From: Hypanus sabinus
Taxonomy: Eukaryota
Assembly: GCF_030144855.1 (NCBI RefSeq)
Contig: NC_082712.1
Span: 137,082,001-137,146,000, forward strand
Length of the DNA: 64,000 nucleotides
Reading direction: 5' to 3'
Each line of letters begins with the position of its first letter. Within the stretch, counting starts at the first letter, position 1. The translations under genes were made by a program, and so were the position numbers. Below are positions 1 to 13,479 of the stretch, in pieces. Under the pieces are notes generated by a model, which did not search any database, was not told the DNA's origin, and was given only the letters and a program-made list of their open reading frames with translations.

Positions 1-1920
1 TACATTCATTACGCAAATTATCTTATAGATTAGAAGAACATGGGAAAATATCAGGCTATAAAATAAATTGGGATAAAAGTGAAATTTTACCTCTTACTAT
101 AGTCAATGTCGATTAATAACTCAATTTAGATGGCCGGCAAATGGTATAAAATATTTAGGTATAAGAGTTGATAATGACATAAAAAACTTATACAAATTAA
201 ATTATTCACCACTTTTGAAAAAAATTCAGGAAGATCTTGATAAATGGATGGCACTACCAATAACATTAGTAGGTAAAGTAAATACTATAAAAATGAATAT
301 ATTCCCTAGACTACAATATTTATTTCAATCATTACCAATACAATTACCCCAGAAGTTTTTTCAAGAGTTAAACAAATATGTGAGGAAGTTTCTCTGGAAA
401 GGTAAGATGTCAAGAATATCGTTGGAAAAACTGACATGGAAATTTGATCTAGGAGGGTTACAACTTCCAAATTTTAAGAATTATTATAAAGCAAATCAAC
501 TTAGATTTATTGCATCTTTTTTCGAGAAAGATAAGCCAGCATGGATTAGAATAGAACTAGATAAAATAGGAGAAAACGTACCAGAAGATTTTATATATAA
601 ATGGGAATCTAAATGGATACAGGAAAAGAAAGAATCTTTTATATTAAAACATTTGATTGACCTATGGAATAAGATAAATGTTGATGAGGAGACAAAAAAA
701 TCTTTACTAGCAAAGAGTTCTTTAATTCAAAATAGACTTATTCCTTTTACAATGGACAATCAACTTTTATATAATTGGTTTCAAAAAGGGATTACATATA
801 TAGGAGATTGTTTTGAAGGAGGTATATTAATGTCATTTGATCAATTAAAGAATAAATATAAAGTAACACTTTATTTTGTTACTTTCAACTAAGGGCTTAT
901 TTAAGAGAAAAATTAGGTCAAACAATGTTATTGCCGAAATCTTATGAAATAGAAATTTTAATTCAAAAAGGAAAGATTAAAAAATTTATATCTTTTATGT
1001 ATAACTTGATTCAAAAACAGGCAATTAAACAAGGAGTCCATAAGTCAAGACAAAAATGGGAAAGTGATTTGAATATTAAAATTGAAGAAACAAATTGGTC
1101 AAGACTATGTCTTGATAGTATGACAAATACAATAAATGTTTGGTTAAGATTAGTGCAATATAATTTTCTACATCAATTATATATTACACCACAAAAAATA
1201 AATAAATTAAATCCAAATTTATCTGATCAGTGTTTTCAATGTAACCAAGAAACTGGTACTTTTTTTTTACATTCTACATGGTCTTGTTCTAAAATTCAAC
1301 CTTTTTGGACAAATTTAAGACTTCTACTGGGACAAATTACAGGAACACAACTTCCTCATAATCCAATATTACTCTTATTAGGTGATATTGAAGGGATAAA
1401 ACCGAAACTCAAACTAAATAAATATCAGAAAGAATTCATAAAAATTGCACTGGCAGTAGCCAAAAAAGCTATTGCAGTTCCTTGGAAATCCGATACATAC
1501 TTAAGTATAGATCGTTGGAAGAAGGAAATTTATGGCTGTATTCCACTTGAAAAAATTACTTACAATTTAAGAGATAAATATGAAACATTTTTGAAAATTT
1601 GGCGCCCTTACTTACAAAAGACAGGATTAAATATATAGGTGCTCCGAAGATGAAATAATTGGTTATTTGGGGAAATAAATAAATAAATATATTTAAGTTA
1701 TTACGAACTCCATGGAGCATGTGGGGATCTTCCGATATCCAGGCATTCTTTCTTTTTTTTTCTTTTTTTTTCCTTTCTTTCTTTTTTTCATATATAGGGA
1801 TGTTGGGGGGGGGTTAAGGGGAGGGGGGAAGGGTATATTTTTTTTTCATATATTTTCTTTATTTCTGTAATTATTTGAAAACTCATTAAAAAAAATTATG
1901 AAAAAACAAGAGAAAAAAAA
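1..1920 (+). mobile_element. L1/Tx1-clade LINE, 3' part of ORF2 plus 3' UTR and A-rich tail
   Basis: ORFs 215-892 and 925-1638 give the RT C-terminus and zf-RVT (CFQC...H..WSC); split ORF; A-rich end near 1890-1920. Confidence 0.9.
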
Positions 1921-2700
1921 AGATTCTCCATTGGAATCACATGTTGCCCCTGGGGCGAGATGTACAGGTAGAGCAGGAGCCTGAGATGCCAGCTGCACCT
2001 ACTACCAGGACTCTGCGTACACGCAGGGTGGAGGAAGAGCCCACACCGGGAGAGTCGGGCCCGGGACCAGCCCATGAGGGATACTGACTTGGAGGATGAT
2101 GACTCGGACAATTGGTACATGCTGCCATTTGCTAACGCCCCCATGGCAGAGGAGGCGGCTCCTGGCCCTTCCCCCACTGGGTTAGACAGGGTAAGGAGGG
2201 CTAGTGGTGGGCAGTCGGGGGTACGCCAGGGCATTGGGGAGAATGATGTGGGGCCCAAGCAAGAGGTAGAGGGTTCTGAGGTGCAGAGGGGTTTGGGTGA
2301 CCGCTCGTGGGAGGGTTCACCTCTTAGTTCCCGTGAGTCTCCTGTATTGTCGGAGGTGGAGGAGGCCAAAGAGGGAGTGCATATGTCTCAAAGAAGGCGT
2401 CCTCCTGATAGGTTGGCCTATGTGGCACCTGGGGAACAGGGTGTGATATCCACTCTTTTGGGGAGTTATGCCACTGCGTTTTGCACTTGGATTGGGCTGT
2501 GTGTTCTGCAGGAGGGGTTGGCGAATTACCTGAACGTAATGAGGGCATGACTTGATTTGATGGGGGGAGAATGCAGGGTCCTCATTATTAACTGTATGTA
2601 AACTGCTAACTGCATATATAACATGGCTTCTTGGTAGAGTTATAATGAAATGGCACGGTTTGGCAGGTGGACGGATTTTCCCCTAGACATACATCAGTCA
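1921..2700 (+). mobile_element. Gypsy LTR element, 3' end with PPT and start of LTR
   Basis: RRRPPDRLAY post-integrase tail; GATGGGGGGAGAA polypurine tract followed by TG at about 2571. Confidence 0.6.
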
Positions 2701-2714
2701 ATAGCATGGGAGTT

Positions 2715-3006
2715 ACAACGGCAAAGATTGAGACTGAGAAAATTGCCCAAAATTTCACGGTCAGACCAGTGCCATATGCAATCCGTCCTACAGTACAGGC
2801 TGAGCTGAAAAATCTGGAGCAGACTGGGGTCCTGTCAAAGGTGGATTGGAGTGAATGGGCCACACTTATTGCTCTAGTGATGAAGAAAAACTCCAGCACA
2901 AAACCAGGAAATCCAAACAAGATGCGCATATGTGGAGACTTTAAAGTGTCTGTTAACCCAGTTCTCACACGGTACAGTATCCTCTACCTCGTATTGAGGA
3001 CATCTT
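2715..3006 (+). mobile_element. Gypsy (K02A2.6-like) RT fragment
   Basis: PYAIRPTVQAELKNLEQTGVLSKVDWSEWAT...RICGDFK; paralog of about 51960-52251. Confidence 0.85.
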
Positions 3007-4890
3007 GAGAGACATCCCATAGGTCACCGATAAAGAAGCAACTTTTTTTACAATTGCTCCTATCTTACTGTTTCCAACCCATTTTGAAACCTTTCTTTTA
3101 AACGTGATATTATTTTACTATGACTACAAGGGATGCCAAAGATACTAAAAATGAAGATCCTCCTGCATCTTTGGAATATATTATGGAACTGCTTTGAAAA
3201 CACAGAAAAGAATCTTCCGCTGAAATTAAACAATTAGATGCAAAATTGGATTCTATTCAAAAAACCTTAACTGAACATGATAAACGAATAGAAGAGAATG
3301 AAGCAACACTGACAATTTTGGATGTGAAAATTGATGACCTGCAAAAGCTTTGTGAAAAACAGTCAAAGCCTAATAAAAATTAAGACAGAAGATTATCAAC
3401 TTAGGAAATAGAAGCAGAAGAAATAACCTTTGAATTCTGGGCCTTGAAGAGTTAACGGAAGGTGATCAGCCTACAGAATTCTTTGCAAGCATTTTGATAC
3501 AATTATTTCCTAAAATTTTATCGTCTTTACCAATGATTGATTGAGCTCATAGATCGCCTGTGCCCAGACCAGCTCCAGGAGCAAGACCCAGATCAGTAAT
3601 AATCTGTTTTAATGAATTTCAAACAAAGGGACTTTTAATTTTGTGAATCCCATCGAAGAGGAATGAGTGATCATAATGGCCAGAGGATGAGAATAATCAA
3701 AGATTTTTCACCAGAGGTCATGAATGAGCATGCTAAGTTCAAAAAGGCTATGTCGGAACTTTTCGACTAAGGTTTAGACCCTTCACTTCGTTATCTTGCT
3801 CGGCACAGAATTATACTGAAGGATGTCTCTAAGGAACGGTTCCATTCGACTGAAGAAGCCCCGGAGTTTTGGAATCTATAGACTGACTGTTCAGTATCTT
3901 TCTACATGAATAATTGCTTCTTTTACTTTTGGTAAACCTTTGTAGCTAACTCTCTTTTCAAACCTTTTAATGCTTAGCTTAGAGAATAAGATTTTAACGA
4001 GGTAATACATTGAATTTTGATAGGTTTTGAATTATTTTATATTATACTTGTTCTCCATGAGGTTTTTCTTCAATCAATAAGGCATAATATGGGGAATTTT
4101 CATTTTATCATTTGGAAACTGTAATAATTAATCGATATGCATTCTTGTTATGAGGGCTAAGTTTTGTCTCCGTCTGTTGTTTTGTCTAGGTTGGAATGCA
4201 GCCAACTTTCAAATCAATTTGGAGCTAAACCAGTGGGTTTTTTTGGTGGGAGGATGTTATCGGTAGGTGTAGCTGTCGACCTTCTGACTTTGGGAGGAGG
4301 GTGGAGGGATAGATTTTTCTTCTGGAAGCTGTTTTGGACTCTCAGCCAAATCTGTTGCTTGGTTACCCTAACTCAAGGTTCTTTGTTTGGTTTTAATATA
4401 CATTCCAATGATTATTACTTTAACCTTTCTTGTAAATAGTATTAAAAATGGATCAGACCATTAACTTACTTAGCATGAAAGGATTAAATCACCCTGTGAA
4501 ATGGAATAAGACTTTTGCCTATATTTAAAAACTTAAGGTCCCAATTATTTTTTTTAAACAGGAAACTCACGTACGTAAATGTGACAATTTACACCGTTTT
4601 AGCCGATGGAGAGAGCTTCATTTTCATTCCTCTTCTCAGGCTGTCTAGGGGAGTTTCGATCTTTATAGATAATACAGTTCCATATGTCCAACATAAAGTA
4701 GTGTCTGATACTAATGTGTGTTTTGTTATAGTGGCAGGAAAAATAGGTAATAAATTAATGGTATTTGCTAATCTGTATGCCCTGAATATAGGTGATCCAG
4801 GATTCTTTGAGCGTTTTTTTTCATTTTTGCCAGATATGAGTCTTTACTCATTGGTAATGGGAGGAGATTTTAATTGCTTAGATCCAGTTT
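3007..4890 (+). mobile_element. L1-clade LINE 5' part (ORF1 and endonuclease), decayed
   Basis: Coiled-coil ORF1 remnants and EN motifs (QETH, GGDFNC); paralog of about 52252-54165. Confidence 0.85.
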
Positions 4891-5303
4891 TTTGTGAGCT
4901 CACAGCCTACTGGTTGACCTGCCAAGGAAGAGACTGGTCCACGCCGAGACCTTTCAAAAGTTCTCCCTGGGTGAAGCCCAGTTGCCAGCCCCACACCTAG
5001 ACTCCATCACCCTGTCCAACAACGACTTCACCAGAGTCCTGGCGGATTTCCCATTGGTTCTGGCACTGCAGTTCACGGCAGCCATGCCCAGACACGGCGT
5101 ACAGCACCACATCCCGACACAGGGACCACCCCTCCACACCGACCGGACTGTGAATATGCGCCCCCTATAGCATTCCCACCCAGGGAGGGCGGGATCAGGA
5201 AGGCTTTAAAGCGAGGCCGCGAAGTTTGAATAAATCTCTTTTGCAACTACAGCTCATCGACTACGTGTCGTTATTTCAGCGCTGTGTGCAGCACACCGCT
5301 ACA
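4890..5303 (+). mobile_element. Internally deleted Gypsy fragment ending in an LTR
   Basis: FTAAMPRHGVQHHIPTQGPPLH pol peptide, then AATAAA and a ...GCTACA LTR-like end. Confidence 0.65.
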
Positions 5304-7316
5304 CCAGCATCATTTAAGGAGGCATTTATCATTCTTTTAGCCAAAAAAGGTAAAGATCCAACAGAGTGTTCTTCGTGTAGGCCGATTTCTTTGCTAAATG
5401 TCAATGTTATTATTTCTGAAGGTCAAACTGGTTTTATTAAAAAATCGCCTTCCCTTTTTGAATATACGGCGTTCATTTAATATCTGATATTCACCCTCAA
5501 TTGGGACTCCTGAATGTGTCAATTCTCTTGACGTAGAGAAAGTGTTCGATCATGTGGAGTGGAATTAACTTTTTGCGGTTATAGAAAAATTTGATTTTGG
5601 ACGAAGTTTTATTTCATGGATTAAATTGTTATATTCATGTCCCACCGCTTCTGTTTTGACCAACTCTCAGCAAACCCAGTCTTTTAGCCTTAAATGTAGC
5701 ATCCAACAAGGATGCCCTTTAAGTCCTTTACTTTTTGATCTGGCCATAGAGCCACTGGCGAACGTGTTTCATAGCTGTGCTGAATTGATGAGGATTTGGA
5801 GGGGAGGTGTTGAGCATAAAGTTTTTCTTTGTGCTGATGATCTTTCACTTTTTATATCAAATCTGACTACTTCCTTACCCCCAATGTTTTTACTTCTTAA
5901 TCAATTTAGTCAGCTTTCCGGTTACAAACTTAATTTACACAAGAGCGAACTCTTCCCAATCAATAGAGAAGCACAAGCATTAGTATTTCATGACCTCCCT
6001 TTTAAAGTAATTAACAATCAATTCACTTACCTTGGTATTACAGTAACAAGGAACTTCAAGAACCTTTTTTCGAGAAAATTTTGCTAATCTTTTAAATTCT
6101 ACAAAACAGAGTTTGACACAGTGGTCACCCTTGTCCATGTCTCTGGTAGGTCAAATTAATGTTATTAAAATGTATATCCTTCCTAAATGTTTATATTTAT
6201 TTCAAACTTTACCTATTTTTATTTCTAAAGCTTTTTTTGATTCGTTAGATTCTATTATTTCATCCTATCTACAGAAGGGCAAACATTCCAGACTTAATAA
6301 AACTCACCTTCAAAAATCTAAAAAGGAAGGCAGTATGGCCTTGCCTAACTTTCATTTATTCTATTGGGCAGCCAGTATTCGTTGTCTTGCTTTTTGGTCT
6401 TTCTTTCATAATCAGCATGACTGCCCAAAATGGGTGGGAATGGAATTGAACTCTAGTCAGGATGTCTCCAATCCTGCACTTCTTGGATTCGCACTTCCTT
6501 GTCACTTGCCTAGACTAATTGTTAATCCTCTTATCAGACATACTCTGAGAATATGGGCTCAGTTCAGAAATATAATGGCCTTCATGGTTTCTCTCTCTAG
6601 TCCTATTTTACACAATCATCTTTTCCTACCTTCTGTGCAAGACTCAACATTTCATGATGGGTACAGAAAGGGCATTAGGTGCTTTGAAGATAATCATTTT
6701 GCAACTTTTCAACAACTGTCTGCAAAGTTTAACCTACCTAATACTCATTTCTTAAGATATCTTCAAATTAGACATTTCATTAACCCTTTAATATCAAAAT
6801 TTCCTGAGATGCCTGAGAAAAACGTTGTGTACCTGTTTCTTTGTATTAATCCATTGGGTAAAGTTTTAATATCTACTTTAGTGATCTTGAGGCATGCCCC
6901 CTTCGATAAAATTAGAACTGCCTGGGAGCATGATTTAAATATTTATCTGAAGCGGTTTGGGATTCAATTCTTTAGTCAGTTAACTCAACCTCTTTATGTG
7001 CTCGCCACTGCCTTTTGCAGTTTAATGTTGTACATCGGGCTCACATGTCTAAAACTAAATTATTGCGGTTTTATCCTAACATTAGTCCTGTTTGTGACAA
7101 GTGTAAAGGGGGCAAGGCTTCTCCTATTCATATATACTGGGCTTTCCTAGTCTAGAGAAATTCTGGAGAGAAGATTTTTTAACTTTATCCCATATTCTTA
7201 ATTGCCACTTAGAACCTAACCCTCTGATTGCTCTTTTTGGCACCTTGGTGAAGTAGATATACATTTGAGTCAGACTAAATGTCAAACATCATCTTTTGCC
7301 TCTCTTTTGGCTAGAC

Positions 7317-9527
7317 CAGGGGTTGGCAAACTTTTTGACTTGTGGGCCACAAAGGGTTCTAAAATTTGACAGGGGGGCCGGGCCAGGAGCAGAAGGACGG
7401 AGTGTTTTGGTAATACACCTCATAAGAGAAAATAAAATATCATGGGATATGTAGAAAACATGTGCTTTAATTTCAATTGAAAATGAACAAATGCATTACA
7501 ACAAAATATCTGTCTTTGAAGTCCCATGGTATTTAGCTATTTATTGAAATGACTTTTAAAACACTGAAAATTAAATGAATAAAATACAGCTTTTTTTAAT
7601 AGTAACAGTTATTATTTTAAAGCACTGAAAATTCTGTTATCCTTCAAGATATTATCATCATCACTCTCCTCCTGATTGTCTTTATTTCAAAAATATAACC
7701 ATATAACAATCACAGCACGGAAACAGGCCATCTTGGCCCACCTAGTCCGTGCCGAACCCTTAATCTCACCTAGTCCCACCTACCCGCACTCAGCCCATAA
7801 CCCTCCACTCCTTTCCTGTCCATATACCTATCCAATTTTACCTTAAATGACACAACTGAACTGGCCTCTACTACTTCTACAGGAAGCTCATTCCACACAG
7901 CTATCACTCTTTGAGTAAAGAAATACCCCCTCGTGTTTCCCTTAAACTTCTGCCCCCTAACTCTCAAATCATGTCCTCTAGTTTGAATCTCCCCTACTCT
8001 CAATGGAAACATCCTGTTCACGTCAACTATCTATCCCTCTCAAAATTTTAAGTACCTCGATCAAATCCCCCCTCAACCTTCTACGCTCCAATGAATAGAG
8101 ACCTAACTTGTTCAACTTTTCTCTGTAACTTAATTGCTGAAACCCAGGTAACATCCTAGTAAATCGTCTCTGCACTCTCTCTAATTTATTGATATCTTTC
8201 CTATAATTCGGTGACCAGAACTGCACACAATATTCCAAATTTGGCCTTACCAATGCCTTGTACAACTTTAGCATTACATCCCAACTTCTGTACTCAATGC
8301 TTTGATTTATAAAGGCCAGCGTTCCAAAAGCCCTCTTCACCACCCTATCTACATGAGACTCCACTTTCAGGGAACTATGCACAGTTATTCCTAGATCTCT
8401 CTGTTCCTCTGCATTCCTCAATGCCCTACCATTTACTCTGTAAGTTCTATTTGGATTATTCCTGCCAAAATGTAGAACCTCACACTTCTCAGCATTAAAC
8501 TCCATCTGCCAACGTTCAGCCCGTTCTTCTAACCGGCATAAATCTCCCTGCAAGCTTTGAAAATCCACCTCATTATCCACAACACCTCCTACCTTAGTAT
8601 CATCGGCATACTTACTAATCCAATTTACCACCCCATCATCCAGATCATTTATGTATATTACAAACAACATTGGGCCCAAAACAGATCCCTGAGGCACCCC
8701 GCTAGTCACCGGCCTCCATCCCGATAAACAATTATCCACCACTACTCTCTGGCATCTCCCATCTAGCCACTGTTGAATCCATTTTATTACTCCAGCATTA
8801 ATACCTAACGACTGAACCTTCTTAACCAACCTTCCATGTGGGAGGTTGGTTAACAGTAGGAGATGCAGGTCTACTTGTCCTGCTCCTTCTTATTCAATTG
8901 TCCCCTGTGCCAAAACTCAACAACGACCAGCACAAAGACAGAACAGTGACAGCGCGCCAGTATGCGGAGCGCGTTATTTGATCTGGAGCGCATTTTTTAT
9001 TTTGAGAACGTACGTGCACCTGCGCACTACTCATGTCCATCACTTAACAGAAATGACATGTAACATGTAAGGCTTATTGAAAAAAATATTTTCAAATGCA
9101 TTTTTTACATAACACAATGAAGAAACTTATTTTTAATTTCAGTGGGAACAGTGTTGTTGGTCTCCCGTTTTAGCCAGCGCATCAAAGTCTGGATTTAGTT
9201 TTGTTGTGGCGATTCTCAGGATGGATCTGAGATGTTGGTCAGTTAACTTGGATCTGTGGCTGTCTTTGTTGATTTTCATGACGCTGAACGCCTGTTCATA
9301 CAAATAGGTTGAGCCGAACAAAGAGTAAAGCGCAAATGTGGAGTAATACGCTGCACCTCAACAAAGGTCAATGTATATAGAGTGCGTCATCTATTGGGAA
9401 AACGTCAGAATTGCGGGGAAAAAACGTTAACAAGGTTTATTAATATAATTTCATCAAGTTCTGCGGGCCGGATTAAAAAGCTTAACGGGCCGCATATGGC
9501 CCGCGGGCCGTAGTTTGCCCATGCCTG
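7317..9527 (-). mobile_element. Non-autonomous hAT (Charlie/SPIN-like) DNA transposon
   Basis: TIRs CAGGGGTTGGCAAACT / CAGGCATGGGCAAACT; perfect 8-bp TSD GGCTAGAC (7309-7316, 9528-9535); transposase dimerisation-domain remnant MFGSTYLYEQAFSVMKINK...LTDQHL at 9139-9321. Confidence 0.92.
7705..8845 (-). mobile_element. CR1 (HER1-like) LINE, 5'-truncated, nested in the hAT element
   Basis: GVPQGSVLGP, YADDTK and LEYCVQFWSP motifs in ORF 8023-8829. Confidence 0.93.
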
Positions 9528-10559
9528 GGCTAGACGGTTAGTTCTTCTCAGGTGGAGAGATGTTGCCCCACCCACTCATGCTCGATGTCTTAGTGATATT
9601 ATGTCCAGTTTAGACCTTGAAAAGATTCATTATTCACTTCTCAATTCAGGCATAAAGTTTCATAAGGTGTGGGGACCTTTTCTTGAAAACTTTCATAACT
9701 CCTCTTTAGATTAAGTTTATCCTTTTTTTTGTACTATAATCCCTTACTTTCAGCTTTTTTTCCCTGTACATTTTATGGTTTTTTTTATGTGAATTACATT
9801 ATAGTTTTGGTAGTAGGCTTTATATTTTCTTTTTATATATATATATTTATTTATTTTGTACAGCTCTGTGAGGTCAAATGCTCCGAATAACTTTTCTTTT
9901 ACACATTGAAATGGTTGGCCTGGAGTTTTTTAGTGGGAGGGTGGCGAGGACACTAACTTTATATGCTTTTATTTTGGGTGCTCTTTCCTTTTTGTTATGA
10001 ATTATATATTAGACATGTTTGTCCTGCACTGTATAAATCTCCATTTTGTTGTTTTTTTTGTAGTTCTATTGTAGAATCTCATTTAAAAAAATTAATTAAA
10101 AAAGGGACTTGAGGAACAACTTCTTTGGAGTCAGATGTATATGGAACAAACTGGCAGAAGTTGTTGAGGGAGGTACAATAACAATTTAAATATATTTTGT
10201 ACAGGTTCAGGGATAGAAAATGTATCAGGCCAAACACAGGCAAATGGGATGAGCTATTATGGGCATCTTGGCACGAGATGGACTGAAGGACAGGTTTCTG
10301 TACTGTATGTCTGCTGTGTAGAAATGTGCCAGAAGCTATATTCAAATCAGCCTTGGGCTACAGCACAGGTCCCATCTTTGCTTTGATAGTCATCTTACCA
10401 AACTACTTACAGCAAATTACAGTGCACACTGCAATACAGGAGGGATGCATTCCTAGAGAGCTATTCAAAATGCTATTCTTCATAATGTTCTAGAAAGCTT
10501 TTCCTCTCTGCCCCGCTGGTTGGCCGATCTGTAGACAAGGGAACACAAAGTACACTGCA

Positions 10560-11395
10560 GATACTGGGGTCAAAGAAACACGTACAACATGCTGGAGGAA
10601 CTAAGCAGGTCGGGCAGCATCCGTGGAAACGAGCAGCCAAAGTTTCGGGGCGAGATCCTTCATCAGGACTGAGGAGCGAGGGGGCAAGGGGCCTCTTTTA
10701 CCACCATTCAGGGCCCCAAACAGTCGTCTCAGGTGAGGCAACACTTCACTTGTGAGTCTCTTGGGGTCATCTATTGCATTCTGTGCTTCCGGTGCGGCCT
10801 CCTCTACATCGGTGAGACCCGACACAGATTGGGGGACCGCTTCATCGAGCACTTCCGCTCCATCTGCCACAACAGACAGGATCTCCCGGTTGCCACCCAC
10901 TTCAACTCTGCTTCACATTCCCATTTGGATATGCCCATACAAGGCCTCCTCTACTGCTGTGTCGAGGCTGAACTGAGGTTGGAGGAGCAACACCTGGGTA
11001 GTCTCCAGCCCCTTGGCATGAACATTGAATTCTCCAGCTTCTGGTAATTCCCTCTCCCTCTCTTCCCCCATCCCAGTTTCACTCTGCCTCCTCTTCTAGC
11101 TGCCTATCACCTCTCTCATGATTCTGCCTTCTTCTACTACCCATAGTGCTTTCCGCTTACATTCCTTCTTCACCTTTCCTACCTATCCCCTCCCCCACCC
11201 CTTGATCTTTCCTCTTACTGGTTTTTCACCTGGCACCTACCACCCTTCTCCTTCCCACCCTCCCCCCACCTTCCTTATAGGACCCCTGCCCCCTCCAGTC
11301 CTGATGAAGGGTGTCAGCCCGAAACGTTGACTGCTAATTTCCACGGATGCTGCCTGACCTGCTGAGTTCCTCCAGCATGTTGTACCTGTTGCTGC
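10560..11395 (+). mobile_element. Penelope-like element 3' part with an inverted terminal copy
   Basis: GIY-YIG domain GVIYCILCFRCGLLYIGETRHRLGDRFIEH; about 10580-10670 is an inverted copy of the terminus at about 11295-11390. Confidence 0.88.
11296..11334 (+). ncRNA. Minimal type I hammerhead ribozyme motif of the Penelope terminus
   Basis: CAGTC-CTGATGA-AGGGTGTCAGCCC-GAA-ACGT-T-GACTG: stem I CAGTC/GACTG, intact core, stem II, palindromic ACGT stem III. Confidence 0.7.
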
Positions 11396-12134
11396 AGACA
11401 AGGCAATTTGGATTGTATTGCAGTTATAAGTGAAGGTTGCTGTTCTAATTATTTCTGTTACCCAAACTGTACAATGTGCGTGCTTTGCTAGGTCAGAGTC
11501 AATTATCAGTTGTTCACTTCAGTGCTGTACTGTGGGTAAGATTTTCTATTTAAAACAAAAAAGTATTTTTAATGCCAATCTGAAAGAAAATGTCATTTTC
11601 ATTAACATATAAAACCCGGATAACCTGGCATCCTCGGGACTTCAGTGCTGCAAGCCTCACAGATGTTCTAAGTTAATGGTTGCCTGTCTATTAACATGAA
11701 AGCAATTTCATTTCTTTGTTTCACATGTTGCTCAGTATTACAATATTCTTCCAATGAAAGAGTACAGGGAATAGAACCCAATCAATTTCAGTTTACGCAT
11801 TTCAGATTGACTACAGGTATCCCAACACTTTCTCACATTGGATCCACAGCTTTGGCCACATTACACAACCCCAACTCAAACTCTTTAGAGTGTGCATGGT
11901 TCACAAGCATTAGGATTTCTGAACAACTGGGTGCAGGCTTCTCAGTTTTAAATGTATTAATACCTGGTAATGCTTGCATTTATATAGTGAAATGAAGGAA
12001 AGGAATACCCAAGGTATTCTGAAGGAGTGATTTCGTTCCAAATTCAATACATGAAATCACAGAAAACACACAAATGACTTAGAATCTTAAATTAAGTCAT
12101 TGGCTACTTTCTCAGATCATCCAAAAGGACCCCA

Positions 12135-12520
12135 ACCTTGACGTGGTTTGGAAGTTCATGTGCCTTAATGACCTGGAGAACTACATCGGATGAAGTCAGG
12201 GCTTTCAGCATTGGCTATTTGTAGGATCACACATGTGATACAGGTCAAAGGGTAGAAGCCAGACTAAGAGTGGTTCACCAGTCCTCCAGGTTCAGGGGTT
12301 CAGCTCAGCGAACAACTTTGACTGATCAAACAAAACTGTTTGAAACAGCAATGAAAGTCCTTCTACATCCGAGTGCGACAGTATTCTTAAGTCTCCACCT
12401 GGGACTTGCATGACTGACAGTAAACCAAGATGAAGCTACTGAAGGAAGCCCTGAACACTATCAGAGATGGGGAACCTTCATTGCTGCCCAAAATGCCAGT
12501 GGCATAACATGCAAAAGAAG
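12135..12520 (+). mobile_element. Probable RTE-like LINE 5' fragment
   Basis: Recalled resemblance to RTE 5' UTR sequence (GTGGTTTGGA...GTGCCTTAATGACC...GTCAGGGC); no ORF support. Confidence 0.35.
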
Positions 12521-13479
12521 ATCTTTTAATCAAATAAAGTAAAACCTCCCAAACAAAATTTTAAGCACTACTTTAATTTTAGACAATTTTCTGATTCACA
12601 GCTTTGCCATTGTCTCACTCCACCCCTCCTGTACTTTTCTATAAACCCACCAACCTTCTGAAATATTAACATTTAAAACTTCCCATGTCTCCTTAATTCT
12701 TTGAGATAATTCTAAAGTGAGAAGTTCAGCAGCTAAAAATACAACCACTATCCATGCAGTGAGTAAACTCTGGAATAATTTACAACCAAAATTGAAGGGC
12801 TAGAGATATTTCAAAGAGTCAGCAAAGGTTGGGAAAGAGTAGAATAAGGGAGAGAACATTTTGAGAAAAAGAAAATTTATTAAGAAGAATTGAGAAGAAT
12901 TAATTAAGACAAGCTACAGTAAACAAAAACCACTTCACAATCCTATCTGGAATAATGACAAATATTGGCTGGTGTCAAACAAATCCGTAACTGGCCCAAT
13001 TATATAAATTTAACAAACATAAATGAAATAATAAACTGAACATCCTATTTTAGAGGTGGAAAACATGTTTATGGGTGGGGCACTCTAGTTAGAGCGCACA
13101 TTAAAATGTATAATCATACCACAAAAGAAATATCACAAACGAGAAAATCTGCAGATGCTATAAATCCAAGTACAGTAGCACACAAATTACTGGAGGTACT
13201 CAGAAGGCCAGGCAGCAACAATAAAGAGTACAGTCGACGCTTCTCGGCCCGAAACAGCGTCTGTACTTTAATCCCGGCCTGGGTTGGCCTGCTGAGTTCC
13301 TCCAGCATTTTGTGTGTGTAGTCGCAAAAGAAGTAACCCATCCGCGTTTTACTTGAAAGAATTGACAATAAACGCACTACAAAAGTTTTAAGCTTGTTTG
13401 TACAATTCTCGAGAATGATCTTTTAAAGAAAACTTTAGCCAGACTCTATTTGATGCCCCGCAGTCTAAATAAACCTGCT

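Larger units (their letters stand above)
5304..10100 (+). mobile_element. L1-clade LINE, RT to 3' end, interrupted at 7317-9527
   Basis: CRPISLLN, QGCPLSPLLF and CADDL motifs; resumes at 9536; A-rich tail near 10085-10100. Confidence 0.88.
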
